A DNA stretch of 61,661 bases, the filler included, from Chiloscyllium plagiosum (taxonomy: Eukaryota): the NCBI RefSeq assembly GCF_004010195.1. It is 5 parts of one record of this genome, joined end to end, with 100 filler letters (N's around TTAATTAATTAA, not from the genome) between each part and the next. Parts side by side here need not be neighbours in the genome. Positions count along the whole stretch, not along the records: positions 1 to 11,201 come from NC_057712.1; positions 11,302 to 18,579 come from NC_057712.1; 3 more parts are not named here. One strand, given 5' to 3'. Both the position numbers and the translations under genes were made by a program. Position 1 is the stretch's first letter. Each line of letters opens with the position of its first letter. The notes below the pieces were generated by a model. The model did no database searches. It had not been told where the DNA came from and saw only the letters and a list, made by a program, of their open reading frames with translations. This document shows, piece after piece, positions 1 to 13,015 of this stretch.

Positions 1-1566
1 GATTGATAAGTCCCCAGGGCCAGACCAGATGTATCCTAGGTTGCTCCAGGAAGTGAGAAAGGAGGTTGCTAAGCCGCTGGCGAAGATCTTTGCTTCCTCA
101 CTCTCCACAGGAGTCATATCAGAGAATTGGAAGGGAGTGAATGTTGTTTCTCTTTCTCTTTTCAAAAAAGGTTATAGGGAAATTCCTGGCAATTACAGAC
201 CAGTCAGTTTTCTGTCTGTGGTCAGCAAGGTTTTGGAAAGGATTCTGAGGGATAGGATTTATGACTATTTGGAAAACCATAGCGTGATTAAAAGCAGTCA
301 GCATGGCTTTGTGAGGGGCAGGTCGTGCCTAACTAATCTTCTTCAAGGAGCTGACAAGACAGGTCAATGAAGGTTGAGCAGCAGATGTGGTGTATTTGGA
401 CTTCAGCAAGGCATTTGATAAGGTTTCCCATGGTAGGCTCATTCATAAAGTCAGGAAGTATGGGATACAGGGAGATTTGGCTGTCTGGATTCAGAATTGG
501 TTGGCTGATAGAAAGCAGAGAGTGTTTGTAGATGGAAAGTATTCTGCTTGGAGGTTGGTGTTGAGTGGTGTCCTGCAGGGCTCTGTTCTTGGGCCTCTGC
601 TCTTTGTAGTTTTTATAAATGATTTGGATGAGGAGATTGAGAGGTGGGAGTAAATTTGCAGATGACACAAAGGTTGGAGGTGCCATTGATAGTACTGAGA
701 GCTATTGTAGGCTGCAGCGTGACATTGACGGGCTGCAGCGCTGGGCTGAGAAATAGCGAATGGAGTTCAACTCGGATAAATGTGAAGTGATGCATTTTGA
801 AAGTTTGAACTTGAATGCTGAGTATAGGATTAAGGACGGGATTCTTGGCAGTTTGGAGGAACAGAAGGATCCCTCTGTACATAGTACATAGATCCCTCAA
901 AGTTATCACCCAAGTGGATAGGGTTGTTAAGAAAGCATATGGTGTTTTGGCTTTCATTAACGGGGGATCGAGTTTAAGAGCTGCGGGGTTTTACTACAGA
1001 TCTACAAGTCCCTGGTGAGACCACACTTGGAATATTGTGTCCAGTTCTGGTCACCCTACTATAGGAAAGATATAGAGGCTTTGGAGTGGGTGCAACGAAG
1101 GTTTACAAGGATGCTGCCTGGACTGGAGGGCTTGTCTTATGAAGAGAGGTTGACTAAGCTTGGACTTTTCTCTCTGGAGAGAAGGAGGAAGAGAAGTGAC
1201 CTTGTCGAGGTATACAAGGTAATGAGAGGCATGGATAGAGTCAATCGACAGAGACTTTCCCCAGGGCAGGATTGATTGGGACAAGGGGGGGTCATAGTTT
1301 TAAGACAGTAGGAGGAAGGTATAGAGGAGATGTCAGAGGTAGATTCTTTACGGAGAGAGTTGTGAATGCATGGAATGCGTTGCCAGCGGTGGTGGTGGAA
1401 GCAGAGTCATTGGGGACATCGATGCACCTCCTGGACATGCACATGGACAGTAGTGAATTGAGGGGTGCGTAGCTAAGGCTATTTTACTTTACATTAGGAT
1501 TAATCCTCAGCAAAACATCATAGGCCAAAGGGTCTGTTCTGTGCTGTACTTTTCTATGTTCTATGT
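1..1566 (+). mobile_element. CR1-clade LINE, frameshifted ORF2 RT/C-terminal part plus 3' tail
   Basis: ORF pieces with [44 protein letters not shown] (tttgcagatgac) and RPHLEYCVQFWSP; ends in a ttctatg repeat. Confidence 0.95.
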
Positions 1567-1697
1567 TTCATCACCCGTAGCACGACCTCCCTACTAGTAT
1601 ATTTCATTCTTCTTAGACAAATTCCGAGAAAATGAACTCACATTTTTGGTGCTCTAAAAGGCAAAGGTGCCCAGAATTGCTTCCATATTCGGTTATA

Positions 1698-1996
1698 AGA
1701 TTAGATTACATTACAGTGTGGAAACAGGCCCTTCGGCCCAACAAGTCCACACCGACCCGCCGAAACGCAACCCACCCATACCCCTAACCTAACACTACGG
1801 GCAATTTAGTATGGCCAATTCACCTGACCTGCACATCTTTGGACTGTGGGAGGAAACCGGAGCACCCAGAGGAAACCCACGCAGACACGGGGAGAATGTG
1901 CAAACTCCACACAGTCAGTCGCCTGAGTCAGGAATTGAACCCGGGTCTCTGGCGCTGCGAGGCAGCAGTGCTAACCACTGGGCCACCGTGCCGCCC
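1698..1996 (-). mobile_element. HE1-type V-SINE (tRNA-derived)
   Basis: Reverse complement starts gggcggcacggtggcccagtggttagcactgctgcc with A/B boxes, has the V-domain (gtgggtttcctctgggtgctccggtttcctcccacagtccaaagatgtgcagg) and a CR1-like tail with taatc repeats. Confidence 0.92.
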
Positions 1997-2768
1997 TAAT
2001 CTCTTGGGATTTTCAATTCCTGCTCTTCTTTCAGCCTATCATAGGTTTCATTATTGTTGTGCTATAATACTGCTCTGCATGAAACTTGTGAAGCTGTTAC
2101 ATTTCCAACACTTTCAACGGTAATTTGCAACTTTATTGTGAGCCCTGTTGGTGCAAATAATCAAAATTAAAAGAGCTGTATTGGTGTGCAAGGACTTCGG
2201 CAAACCAGCAGTAAATATGCAATAGGTCATCAACCAGCACTTTCTGATATGCACATGTGGAGCATTCAACTAGTTTATAAAATATTCAGTTATCTCAGTT
2301 TGGCAGGGCTTGAAGATAACATTGAGTTTGGTCATGAGCAATGTTAGGCATGCAAGGTGTGCCCAAAGTCAGAAATCAGGTCAATCTTCCTCTCACCCCT
2401 CCCAGGCAACACTGCTTCCCCATTATTTATTAACTATATTCAAATTCCACATAATTTGTATCAAAAAAGGTTCATTTTAAACATTAATAATATGCAAAGA
2501 GCACAGATTCGTGTTAAATCCAATTTAACTGATAAGCTGTGGTCAGTGTATACATTGTGTTTTTCCATGACCAGCCCACACACTTCAGATCTTATTCCCA
2601 CCTTTATTGCCTGCTTAATGTTCCAAAAATGTTTGGAATAGCACAAATCTTTAATGCAATTTTTATAGCTGCTTTGAAGGATAATCAAATCTTTGGTTTC
2701 ATATGAAATAATTTTAAGTGGCCAATAATTTTCTATGACTTTGTCAGCCTTCAATAGTTTCTGACCTA

Positions 2769-2892
2769 GGAGAAAGTGAGGACTGCAGATGCTGGAGATC
2801 AGAGTCAAAAAGTGTGGTGCTGAAAAAGCACAACTAGTCAGGCAGTATCCGAGGAGCAGGAGAGTCGACGTTTTGAGCAAAAGCTCTTCATT
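2769..2892 (-). mobile_element. Penelope-like terminal (pLTR) fragment, family A
   Basis: ggagaaagtgaggactgcagatgctggagatcagagtc... is the same end seen at 7184, 34737, 41705 and 52925; hammerhead core degenerate. Confidence 0.75.
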
Positions 2893-5089
2893 TCCAATTC
2901 TTCCTTTTTTAGCGAGGCCCCACATGCCAAGTTGATTAAGAGTTTAAGCTGCAGTCACCAACAAGAGGTAAGGTTTTGAAAACTGGAACCAAGAGTAGCA
3001 GGTTTGTTTCTCCCGGGTCCATAATCCAGGGAAATGAAGGGTCACTTTAAGGTACGCAAGAGCTGTTTAAATTGGCACTAGCTTTGGTCTGGGAATACCA
3101 CTCGTATTAACTAACTCATCCTCTACCCCTTCCCTCTCATGGGATTTATCACTGCTAATGAGTCAGTTCAAAATTGTCTTCTCCAATCAGCAGAAGCTCA
3201 TTGTGGAGTTATAATCAGGAAGACTGCTTATTCCAATTATTATGGCAAAGCATATGGACCGATTTCTCATAACATTTGGGACTCGGCCTTCAAGAAAAAA
3301 AGGATATACTCTCTGTGCCAATATGGCACCCAAAAACGACTGAAATAAATTTCAGTTGCTGTAGCAATGTGTCTTTCTGTGGTCATTGCCATGATAGTAT
3401 AATTGAAGAAAATTGATAGAATACTGAAAGGGTCAATAAAAATAATCCTACATTTCAAATTAATGAAAAAATTTCAAGGAAAAGACATTAGGGGAGAAAC
3501 TTATTAAGATAGTGGAGCAACAGCATTACACAGAATTACATTGATTCCTCAAGGGCAGGCAATACTGCAGGTTGTTACCTGCACAACCCATATACCATCC
3601 TTCGTTAACAGAATGTTACTGCAAGAAGCAGTGCTCTGTGAACACATTTTAAAGTAACACAAACAATTAATTAGCTAGAAATATTTTGGATCAAACTAGC
3701 CTGGAAGAACCAAAAGGTACAATTCTATGTTACGTAAAACACAAGCTAACTTCAACTTAAAGAATAGTGTCTTCATGCTTGGAGTGCCACCTAGTGCAGT
3801 AAACTTTGACTCCTGCAAAACATTGAAAGAAAACATTAATCAATTACTTACATAGTAATAAATAAACAGGATAGGTCTGTGTCAGAAATGAATTTGAGAT
3901 ATAATCAGTCCAGGTCCTGAAACTGAATCTGGATGATGTGCTGAGCTTGGTGTATTGAATTCCCATTGTTTATTCCTGTGGAAGGTGTCACAACAGACAA
4001 TCTTTGACTTAGAATATCTGAGAATTGATGCATTGCCAATTCACAGGAACAGATTGACTATGATTCACCACATGAGGCAGTATAATAGTCAGTCCTAACA
4101 TCATTCCTCTGGATCAGAGTCATCTGTGAAGCATGGCAGGCTTCCAAAGGGATTCCCCTCAGCTAGCAGGAGAAGGACTGTCCAAATAGTGTTACCAGAG
4201 ATGCTAGCACAGCACCAGAAGAGTTCATTAGATTTTAAAGAAATTAAGTGCCTCAAAAATGAAAAGCAACCTCTCACTGGTCTGTTCAGCCAAGATGGGG
4301 CCTTTAGCAGTATAAATGTAGCTGCAGAATGTGACATAAGGAGACCTCTTCCCTTTGTTTAGTATAGTGCGTAGTTTGGGAGTGTGATGGAAAGAATTTA
4401 TAAATGGGACATTGAAACAAAAAGGAAGGAATCATCATCAAGAAACTCAAATTTTGATCAAAAAATGCAAGCTAAGATTACTTTGTAATCTCCAATCTGA
4501 ACTGTCCTCATTTTATCTAATGAGAACAGTATGTGAAGAATTTGAGTCAAACACCAGTAGTGACACCAATATCACAATCAGGGTTACAGTTTTCAGGACT
4601 CCATTATAATTTATTCACTCTGCTCTGATGACTGCCACAAGCCCATTGGAAATAGCAGCCTTTCTGTACTTCTTGGGCAGGCAGGCTTGACAGCTAATTA
4701 GCTTGCCCCTACTCGTTGTGACAAGTCAAATGTTATTGCTAATTAGTGCCTGCAAGGTCTAGCTCCATCAGTGATGGAGCAGGCACTTTGGAACTGGGAA
4801 ATTGAGATTTCTACATGTAATTCTTTAGCAAATACTTCTATGTGCCCATTTTATGGCTCACATTGATACTTTAATGACCTTTATATTTTAACACCATAGG
4901 TTTCTATCCCTGTCCACTCAATAGAAAACTTTACCTCCCAAGAATACAGACATTCTGCATTGACCTTCATCTCAACTTATTGGCTCATCCTTTTAATTTA
5001 ACTAAGTCCTGCATTCTTACATAGACTACTTCAAAATTTCAAAACACAACTTCAATGTTCCTGAAACATTTCAATGAAACTGCAAAAGT

Positions 5090-5170
5090 ATAAATTAGGA
5101 GCAGAAGTACACTATTTGGCCCATCAAGACCGTTCAGCCATCAAATAAGATCATGCTGGATCTGTTTATA
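5090..5170 (-). mobile_element. Old CR1 3' tail fragment
   Basis: Reverse complement resembles the cagatcagccatgatcttattgaatgg...tcctgctcctaa tail seen at 19125-19190. Confidence 0.6.
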
Positions 5171-5304
5171 TTTTTAACTGAACATTCACATCCATTAAAT
5201 TTCTAACTGCATATTTTTTACCAATAAGAAAGACATGCAGTTATCTGACATTCTTTACATTCACTAGATATCTCAATTTGTTTTCCTGCTATGGAGGTAT
5301 TTTT

Positions 5305-5556
5305 ACGCTATTGTCATTGTTATAATGTAAGAAATATGGCAATCGGCATGCACACAGCAAATACCCTTGAACAGCAATGTGATAATGAAGAGAGAAACTG
5401 TTTTTGTGATGTGGACTGAGGGATAAATATACACCAGGACACTGGGAATAACTCCCCTCCTCCTTTTCAGAATAATGCACTGGAAGCTTTTATAACTACC
5501 CGAGCAGTTCCATAGCTCTTTGGTTTTACACTAGATCTGAAAATGATACTTCTGAT
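5305..5556 (-). mobile_element. DeuSINE (SacSINE1/AmnSINE1-like Deu domain)
   Basis: Reverse complement contains ggggagttattcccagtgtcctggtgtatatttatccctcagtccacatcacaaaaacag...cattatcacattgctgtt, the Deu-domain pattern. Confidence 0.8.
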
Positions 5557-7183
5557 ATGATGGATATAGTCCTAGCCTCTTTTACGGAAGTCTTAGATAA
5601 TTCTGGTCTGAAAGACGTATCTACCACTTCCCAAAAGAGAAAAAGCCTGTTGAGAAGTTTTACTACATCCGATATAGCCCCTTTAATAAGTTTCAGGCAG
5701 ATTATGAATCCTGAATATTATTGGAGTACAGGTGTAATAAGTTGTCATTAAGGAACCTCACCAGCATATTGTTCACCCCTCCTCAATTAAAGAGGGTGTA
5801 GGGTTGGGTTCAAGAGTTAAGAGTGAGACAGCATGAGTTCAAACCCATATCATCAAAGAGGCATGCTGCTGAAACATTTCACGTTGAATTCGCCAGGAAA
5901 GATGCAAGAACACCAAGTTGCAAAACAAACAACCATTTATACTGTTTGAATGAAAGGGTGTATTGGAATCTAAGTAGTTGAGGTATTACCATGAAGAATG
6001 TACTGGCTTATTTCCAAGCTTTTGATCAATTGAAAATACAACAACCAGATATGTTTTCTGTGTTTTAAGGGGAGGGATTTACATGAATATATGTAGCTTC
6101 TAACAAGAGCAAGTGAGCAGCATATAGGGATTCTTCACTAAATGTTGTCCAGTTTGGAATTTGCAGTAAAATGCAGCCAATTAAATGTGAACCCTGATCA
6201 CGGTTAATACAAATGGACAGACTGCCTCACTCAATTTTTTTTTCCGGACTCCTGCTAATTCTAAATTATTGCCACATTTTAAATACATATGTTATAAACT
6301 ATAGATCATACATTGGATTGAAATATTTTCAAACACTTTCTTTATCCTGTATTCATCTTCAACTTGCAATCCAAATAAAATATTTCTCTGAATTTTAATT
6401 TTACTTCTTCTGACCATTGCCTGTGTGCTTCATTCAATTCTTATTGTTTTAAATTCAGTTTCTCTAGGGAGTATCTGTCAATGCTTTGATAATTTAAAAT
6501 GTTATCAGACTCTACTAACCACTTTCATGTTGTGCTGTTGCCAAGTAACGAAGCATATCTGAGGTCTATGCACCCATGCAAAATAATCAGACAATTCTGT
6601 ATGTTTACTTTCTTTATTTGTAACAAATTACATCAATACATTTATATCAGTTACCCAAAATCATGCCACACATGCTAATCAATAAGAGCTACTTCTAAAC
6701 CTTTAGGTGATCTTTTGAAAACAATCAGGCCGTTGTCTGTCTCTGAAATTTATTGCTTGACTCCTATTATATGTCATTTTTGTAAACGTTTGTGGGCAAC
6801 ATCGCTAGTGTCTCCAAGAGAGTTTACAGTTCTTAACCGCACTTTGGTCTTTCTCACTGAAGAGTGCATGGATATTACATTCCATTTAATTGCACTGCTA
6901 TGTTTTTCCCATCATTACCTTTTGGTCTAAATGGTGCATCCCACTATTTACCATTCTGCCTCATTATGAGATCAGTAGAACTTTGCTGTTGAATAAATAT
7001 TCTTATAATATTTTTTAAATGACCCAAACATTCCCTCCTTGTCTCAGTTATTAAAACATTTCTCACTTGTCCGTTTTATTGGCCTTTTAATCCCCCCAAA
7101 TTACGATTCCAGACATTTTATCACTTCCAAATTGTCTCAAATTCAAGCAGCACTGCTGCTGGAATTGACAAATGTGGTCAAAG

Positions 7184-7359
7184 GGAGAAAGTGAGGACCA
7201 CAGATGCTGGAGATCAGAGCCGAGAATGTGGTGCTGGAAAAGCGCAGCAGGTCAGGCAGCATCCAAGGAGCAGGAGACGAAGGCTAATGCTCAAAACGTC
7301 GATTCTCCTGCTCCTCGGATGCTGCCTGACCTGCTGTGCTTTTCCAGCACCACACTCTC
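7184..7359. mobile_element. Palindromic Penelope-derived short insertion (family A) with 17-bp TSD
   Basis: Inverted arms tgtggtgctggaaaagcgcagcaggtcaggcagcatcc / ggatgctgcctgacctgctgtgcttttccagcaccaca; gacaaatgtggtcaaag is duplicated at 7167-7183 and 7360-7376. Confidence 0.85.
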
Positions 7360-7428
7360 GACAAATGTGGTCAAAGTTCAATTTTGTTTAGCGACAACCT
7401 CTACCCATAGGTATTTTATTTTTAAAAA

Positions 7429-7643
7429 CAGGTCGGTCTGCTATGACACGAGTTTTGTTAACGTGACATTGCTGTAACATGATTGACAAATTGGGACACT
7501 CTTTCTAAATCACAAAATTTTTAAATGTGTGTTGGTTGTTATACGGCTACATCGCCAACACTTTAAGCACTGTTTCTAAAGCACAATTTGTCTATTAGGC
7601 AGGGTTGCATAAGAACACAGCCATTGTGTTATCAAACTACTTG
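7429..7643. mobile_element. Tigger/pogo-like MITE
   Basis: Starts caggtcggtctgctatgacacg and ends gtgttatcaaactacttg|ta; shares taacatgattgacaaatt with the copy at 16493. Confidence 0.6.
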
Positions 7644-8404
7644 TATTCAGGAACCAAATACTCATTTTCACCAATTTATTTTAATGAAAATTTAGTTGCA
7701 CCCTGCCCTTCAACTTCAATTCTATTGCTGAAAGCAGCAACTCAAGAAAAATGTATCTTCTCAATTCCATCTTAGAAACAATGATGCCCAGCCTTAGTAT
7801 GTTTATGTGGTCTTTTAAAATCAGAAACAAAGTGCTTGCAGCCACTTTCATGGTAGCTTCCAGTTGTTCTCTCCTTGAGCACTTAACCTTTGCTAACATA
7901 TGTCCTAAACATGTTAAAAATAAGGCTTTGACGTCTGTAGATATGTTCTTAAATTCTTAACACTGCTGTTATACCATTAATATTCCTTTAGATCTGGAAA
8001 CCACTGTTAATTTTTAAAATAAAAAGCAAATGATTTATGCACATCTGCTCAAGAGCAAAGAGGTACAATTTGTATAATCATATCTGTCAATTTATAAATA
8101 AATTTTAGCATTCTTTAATATATTGTATATATGCATATATACAATATATTAAATATACAAATACAATATACATTTAGCAATACAAAATGCTTGTGTGATG
8201 AACTGAAGTTGATGAAGTGGTGAACAGCTCTGCTTCTTTGTAAGTGGGCGGAGCAAAGTGGACTCAATTGTGTCAATTGACATTTATTTTTGAAAAAAGA
8301 TCCAATTTTAAAAAGAAATAGGGCCAAATTTTATGCTCCCTCTCCCATCCAGTGAGTTTGCAGTGGTCTTTTTGAACAAGTTGGGGAAGTTGTGTTCTGC
8401 CTCC

Positions 8405-8590
8405 AGGGGTTGTGATTTCTTCATTGTTGAATACATTTAACGTCAGGGGTGGAATTTTAGTCTCCTGTGGAATCTTGGGATATGGGGAGTATGCAGGAAA
8501 GTGAATGTGAAGCTGTGATCAGCCACAGTTATAATCAATGATGAAGCAGGCTTGAAATGTCATATGATCTAGTCCTGCAGCTATTTCTGG
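8405..8590 (+). mobile_element. Old CR1 3' tail fragment
   Basis: gggatatggggagtatgcaggaaagtg...gatcagccac...gaagcaggcttga tail pattern. Confidence 0.6.
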
Positions 8591-9689
8591 CATTTCTCTG
8601 AATGAGGAGACTTGTGGATAGCCTTCCTGACAGTATTTCAATTGAAGCTCTTCAGTGAGAAATTAATAACCAGGTGAGGGCATCAGCCACTTCCATTTGT
8701 ACTTAATCAGCAGCAAACTGGCTCCTGTACAGGGAGACATATCAGCAAACACTGTTAGGGATGGGGGAGTGGTAAAGAGGCCAGGCATTGGAAAGGAAAG
8801 CCCTTTCCCCCACTCCCACTCCCTGCCACCCAATGTTCTCTTGAAGCTTCAAGCCCATACAGCTGCTGGGAGGTTCCACACACACCAACATATGGTGTGT
8901 ATGGAACATATTAACTTCTGCTTCCAGAAGCTGCTGCTGTGCATGGACCTGAAAAGGTGTAGATACAACTGTACTATCTGCTGTAGTATCACTGCTCTGA
9001 GCAGGAAGGCCCTTTGCTTAGATAGAGTGACGGTGTGATCAAACCTCACTGATTCCCATGTCCACTAGGCTACAGTTCTACGTGGGATAGCCCACAGATA
9101 ACCCTTCCCACCCCTCCACCAATTGAGGCCTTTAAGAACCATCAATGGGATTAACCCAGCCCCAACTGAACCTGTCCCCATATGGTGTGCTTAGTGGGTG
9201 ATACTGTGCAGATTATTTATTGTCACAGCGAGTGGTGGTGGGGAGTGGGGGGTGGGTTTGGGTGGGGGTGATGAGGACACAATCAAAACTAATCAGGGCT
9301 CGTTGAAGGACTAGACATAAGCAGGGGATCTGGATGAGAGATTCCCCAATCTTTCTCCTGCCCATCCTGCCCACGTGTCCTGTGATGCCACCCTTAAATT
9401 GCTTCCCTGTGATCTGGTTCTCCACATTCCTGGGTCTCTGGGGTATATTCTTTGGGTTGCAGCCGTGGCAGTGGAGCTGCTGAGCGTAAGAACTGCAGTC
9501 CTCCTACTGACTGGCAGCTCTCACTCGGCAGCACTCTCACCCTCAGTCTCGATTCCCGAAAAGGCCTGCCAAAGGCCTTGCCCCTGATTGATGTGTGTGA
9601 TTTTGTGGGCCTTGCCATGATGATGTAGCATAGATCTCCCACTAGCTCTCCAGCCAGTGGGTGAGGCCCCCAGTACCATAGCATGTTTG

Positions 9690-10260
9690 TATAAATGTTT
9701 CTGACTTTCACTGTTGAAAGAAATAGCTCCAATGTTTGGACTGTGGCCCCTCAACCTTGCGTCCTCAACCAGCAGAAATAGTTTATCTCTACCTATCCTA
9801 CCTTGAATCAAAGCACCCCCTTAACCAACTAAATTTCAGGGAATACAAACTGAGTTTGTCTAATCTCTCCTAATTTAACCCTTGGGTTTCACATACATTC
9901 TGGTAAAACTTACTCCTACTCCAATCAAGGACAAAAATCGTACCTCAGGTGTCATACATGAATTGTTTATAGGACTTCAATGTAATTTTAATCGAGCTTT
10001 GTATTGCAGAAGTGTGACTTCACCTGCCCTGTACTGTATTCCTGGCCTCTGGATATCAAGGTCATTATTCCACAAGCCTTTTCGATTGTTTTCGGTATCT
10101 GTTTATTCCATGTTAACAATCTACCTACCGATAGCCCACATCCCTTTGTACTCTCACTGTTTCTGTGTTTTTACCATTTGGAATGTATCCTGTTCTATCC
10201 CTTTACTTCCAAAGTGAATGGCCTTACATTTACAAAATTGTAATGGCCACATTTAAGTCA
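9690..10260 (-). mobile_element. Degraded CR1 ORF2 C-terminal fragment
   Basis: The minus-strand ORF has GRDKLFLLVEDARLRGHS, the CR1 C-terminal (RTRGH-like) motif. Confidence 0.7.
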
Positions 10261-10759
10261 TTTGTTTAATCTATGGTGCAAAAATGTAAAACATTTGAAT
10301 GTCTGAGGCCCCTTAATAAAATTCTGTTCTGGTGTCAAATACAGTCACAGATATATCTTGGCATTTCATCTGCTATAGTTATTTAAGGTTCTATTTGTCT
10401 GAAGAGATTGCCAAGAAAGGTATTTATATTGGTCCTTTGAATGTAAATGTATTTTTTTAAGTTTCACAAATTGTTGCAAAGTGTTATAACTCTTTCTTAT
10501 TCATTGATTTTCTTAAAAGCTTTTGACAAGATATCTCACCGGGTGGGTGGGTGAGTCATTCGGCTGCGAAGAGGGACTGAACCACAGCAACAATTCCATT
10601 AATTATAGTTGTCCTCACTATTACATTACATATCCTCATCTGAATCAAGTATAAAAACACTAGGTGCTTCACCATCCTGGTCACACACATCATGGAGTTG
10701 CTGAGAACATAGCAATATTTCTTAACCCATCAATCCCCATTCATTAGTATTTAACTTTT

Positions 10760-11201
10760 TGTTTTCTCTTGGAATGAAGGCGTCACTATGGCCTCTCTTT
10801 AGTTGCCCTTGAGCAGGTGGTGGTGAGCTGCGTATTTGAAACGCTGCAGTCCATGTGCTGTAGGTGGATCCACAGTGCTCTTAGGGAGGAAATCCAGGAT
10901 TTTGAACCAATAACACTGAAGGAAGGGGTCTATGTTTGCAAGTCATGATGGTGTGAGGCTTAGAGAGGAATTTGCAGGTGATGTATTCCTATATATCTGC
11001 TCCTTATCCTTCTAAATTGAAGTAGTGATGGTTTTGGAAGGTGCTGTCTAAGAATCTTTGATGAATTCCAAGCTTCTGACCTGCTCTTGGAGCCACTGTG
11101 TTTATATGGTGAGTACGATTGAGCTTCTAGTCAATGGTAACCCCCATGATTCAGTGATGGTTTCACATTTGAGTGTGAAGGGGCAGTGATTACATTGTCT
11201 T
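10760..11201 (-). mobile_element. LINE 3' fragment (CR1/L2-like family with aagggcaactagggatggg-type tail)
   Basis: Same family as 19570-20270; truncated by the assembly gap. Confidence 0.7.
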
Positions 11202-11301
11202 NNNNNNNNNNNNNNNNNNNNNNNNNNNNNNNNNNNNNNNNNNNNTTAATTAATTAANNNNNNNNNNNNNNNNNNNNNNNNNNNNNNNNNNNNNNNNNNN
11301 N
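11202..11301. other. Assembly gap with TTAATTAATTAA linker
   Basis: N-run / ttaattaattaa (11246-11257) / N-run, 100 bp in total; identical layout in all four gaps. Confidence 0.98.
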
Positions 11302-13015
11302 TTCATCTGCCTTCCCTGTTAGGCCCCTTGCATTGAAATAAATGCAGTATAATTTATTAGTCCTACCTTGTCCCTGCCTGCCCTGACTGTTTGACTCACT
11401 TCCGTTCTCAACTGTACCAGTCTCAGATTGATCTCTTTCGTCACTATCTCCCTGGGTCCCATCCCCCCACCTTACTAATTTAAATCCTTGTAAGCAGTTC
11501 TAGCAAATCTCCCTGCCAATATATTAGTTCCCTTCCAATTTAGATGCAAACCGTCCTTCTTGTACAGGTCACTTCTACCCCAAAAGAATTCTAATGATCC
11601 AGAAATGTAAATCCTCCTCCCATACACCAGCTCCTCAGTCATGCATTCATCTGCTCTATCCTCCTATTCCTGCCCTCATTAGCTCTAGCACCGGGAGTAA
11701 TCCAGATATTACTACTCTCGAGGATCTCCTTTTTAAATTCCTGCCTAACTCTTTATATCCTCCCTTCAGAATCTCAACCTTTTCCCTACCTATGTCATTG
11801 GTTCCAATGTGGACAATGATCTCTTGCTGGCCCCTCTCCCCCTTGAGAACATTCTGCACCCTCTCCGAGAAATCCTTGATCCTAGCACCAGGGAAGCAAC
11901 ACACTGTTCTGATTTTTCCTGCTGGCCACAGAAATGTCTGTACCTTGGACTGGAGAATTCCCTAAAACAGATGATCTCTTGGAACCCGACATACGCCTCG
12001 TTGCCTCAGAGCCAGTCTCAATACCAGAAACTTGGCTGTTTGTGCTACGCTCCCCTGAGAATCCATCACCCCCAACATTTTCCAAAACAACATACTTATT
12101 TGAAATGGGTATAGCCACAGAAATCTCCTGCACTAGCTGCCTACCTCTCTTACCTTTCCTGGAGTTAACCCATCTATGTGACTGTATCTGAGACTTTCCC
12201 CCTTCTTATAATGGCCATTCATCACATACAGTTGCTGTTGCAAATTCTTCATTGCTTCTAACTGTCACTCTAACCGATCCATTCGATGTGATAAGATTCA
12301 CAGACCCCTCAACAGCATTTATTGCAGATATAATCCGCAGTAACCATTAAACTCTCTTTAAACTCCTACATCTGACAAGAAGCGCATATCACTCTACTAA
12401 AGGCCATTTTTGCTCCTTCACAATCTACTGACCCAGAAAATAACACCATCTTATTCCTCTGCAAAACACTGCCCCAGGTTAAATTAATAGTTATGCCTTA
12501 TATTTTACGTTTAATCAAGAGACATATCTCAAGAAACATATAATCAAGAAAGAACCCACTCTTCTCACAACTGCAGATGTTCTGTAGATCCCACTTAGAA
12601 ACAATATACTTATCTACTTCTGTGCTGTGAACTTCGCCCAAACAGTTCTTCCAAGATCAGTTAAGAATTTCACTGTTTGTCAATTTTCCCAGATGCACTC
12701 TAATGTCCAGCGATACATGAATTCAAATAGCAAAGGCAGTAACTGTGCACGTTCACTGCTGTGTCAGTTTCTTTCTCTCTCTCTCCTGCACTGTTCTCAG
12801 CATGTGCTTCCTTTGTCTGCTCTTCTCCCTTTTAAAACTGCTGTTGTTTTGACTTTTTTTTCCCAAAGTTCCAAAACAATGCAACAGCATATAAAACAGT
12901 AATTGCTGCTCCTGGAATTCGAAGAAATCACCTCCAACATCTAAAATGCCTTAATAAAGGAGCAGCTGTTACAGCCAGAAATTTTTCCCATCCTCCATCT
13001 TGGATTTCCCAGAAT
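11302..13015 (-). mobile_element. Young CR1 LINE 5' portion: 5' UTR, ORF1 (SGNH/GDSL esterase type) and start of the ORF2 endonuclease
   Basis: ORFs with LGNSPVQG (GDS-like), CCFPGARIKD, IIVHIGTNDIG and VVISGLLPV; the gap edge encodes YFNARGLTGKAD (EN N-terminus). Homologous to 40229-40560 and 53338-53990. Confidence 0.9.

Noticed and set aside
2461..2568. 35-aa minus-strand ORF MEKHNVYTDHSLSVKLDLTRICALCILLMFKMNLF as PLN or a SERCA-regulating micropeptide
   Set aside because: Starts MEK and ends hydrophobic, but lacks RRAS and the LFxNF..LICLLL motif, and the hydrophobic run is too short for a transmembrane helix.
4126..4362. ORF containing QKSSLDFKE, resembling CEP85L exon 3 QDSSLDMKD
   Set aside because: Exon 3 is a long open exon (about 790 nt in human); this frame closes quickly and flanking residues do not match.
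11246..11257. TTAATTAATTAA palindrome repeated four times
   Set aside because: Always centred in N-runs: an artificial six-frame-stop scaffolding linker.
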